A stretch of DNA of 64,000 bases from Eubacteriales bacterium (lineage in GTDB: Bacteria; Bacillota; Clostridia; Oscillospirales; CAG-272), in assembly GCA_045593725.1 (NCBI GenBank), contig JAZNXE010000008.1:855-64854 (forward strand), in the 5' to 3' direction. A program made the translations under genes and the position numbers. This document shows positions 63,661 through 64,000 of this stretch, in pieces; positions within the stretch are counted from its first letter, which is position 1, and every line of letters starts with the position of its first letter. Below the pieces are notes generated by a model. It saw only the letters and a list, made by a program, of their open reading frames with translations, was not told the DNA's origin and did no database searches.

Positions 63661-63706
63661 CCTCCGTGATACAAGTTTGCCCTAAGCTTGTGTTACGGAG
63701 GTTTTT
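63661..63706 (+). terminator. Terminator hairpin whose 3' arm contains the RBS of the next gene
   Basis: CCTCCGT.ATACAAG...CTTGT.TTACGGAGG followed by TTTTT and then ATG at 63707. Confidence 0.65.
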
Positions 63707-64000
63707 ATGTTTAGAAAGCTATTTTCTTTGCTGTTTATACTTTCCTTAGTGTTAGTATCCTGTACAGAGCCAAACACTACCGAAAGCGGTGGTAGCGAAT
63801 CCCCAAAAAGCACTGCTGTGAATTCAGACGCCTTAAGCTATCCTCTCTCCCCAACCGATGATATGGGTCAAAAATATATTGATTCCTTTATTTTTTTAGG
63901 AGAATCCACTACCTATCATCTAAAAAGCAGAGGAGTCCTTTCGGGAGGAACAGATACCCTTCAGGTTTGGGGTCCTAAAAGCGGCACGCTTATGTTGGAT
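63707..64000 (+). CDS. SGNH/GDSL-like lipoprotein, N-terminal 98 codons (continues beyond the window end)
   Basis: Absent from the ORF track (edge). My translation is MFRKLFSLLFILSLVLVSC (lipobox) ...YIDSFIFLGESTTYHLKSRG.. (block-I-like GES). Confidence 0.65.
   Translation, partial: MFRKLFSLLFILSLVLVSCTEPNTTESGGSESPKSTAVNSDALSYPLSPTDDMGQKYIDSFIFLGESTTYHLKSRGVLSGGTDTLQVWGPKSGTLMLD

Overview
This window looks like a chromosomal core region of a low-to-mid GC Firmicute. Gene content suggests Clostridia, possibly Oscillospiraceae/Ruminococcaceae-like, but that is inference only. I call about 56 protein genes, one tRNA, and no rRNA, CRISPR array, transposase or integrase.

Recognisable blocks:
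- Minus strand, 1-16.4 kb: dinB (partial), a stand-alone MsmX-type sugar ABC ATPase, tex, rsuA, an EamA transporter, greA, an S41 peptidase, a PucR/CdaR regulator, rsmE, deoC, topB and dusB.
- Two BspA-type leucine-rich-repeat (LRR) surface proteins flanking mrp/apbC.
- gpmI and a MOP/SpoVB-like flippase.
- A roughly 790-bp non-coding stretch carrying a palindromic repeat element, followed by an A/T-rich lipoprotein gene.
- dxs, a phosphoglucomutase, a monocistronic cysteine-rich protein with a Cys9 run, and tRNA-Leu(GAG) behind an odd tRNA-derived leader.
- nrdG, nrdD (with a fused thioredoxin-like domain) and trxB, with NrdR boxes.
- A DUF1846 gene and a hexuronate operon (uxaC-uxuA-uxuB-eda-kdgK).
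- prmA and the hrcA-grpE-dnaK-dnaJ operon with a CIRCE operator.
- A six-gene Dlt-like cluster: transglutaminase-like protein, adenylating enzyme, carrier protein, MBOAT acyltransferase, SGNH-like protein, lipoprotein.
- ispE, htpG, a TSCPD protein, a CNNM/CorC transporter, an AI-2E transporter, an orphan BhlA/holin-like pair, and two further membrane or lipoprotein genes.

Several ORF-track starts are N-terminally over-extended. I corrected them from RBS positions.

The most interesting items are:
- the Cys9 protein;
- the duplicated tRNA-Leu 5' segment and its structured leader;
- the non-canonical Dlt-like envelope-modification operon;
- the NrdD-thioredoxin fusion with trxB;
- the palindromic intergenic element;
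- two long leaders of unknown class.

All functional calls rest on my reading of the translated sequences and motifs. No database search was run.
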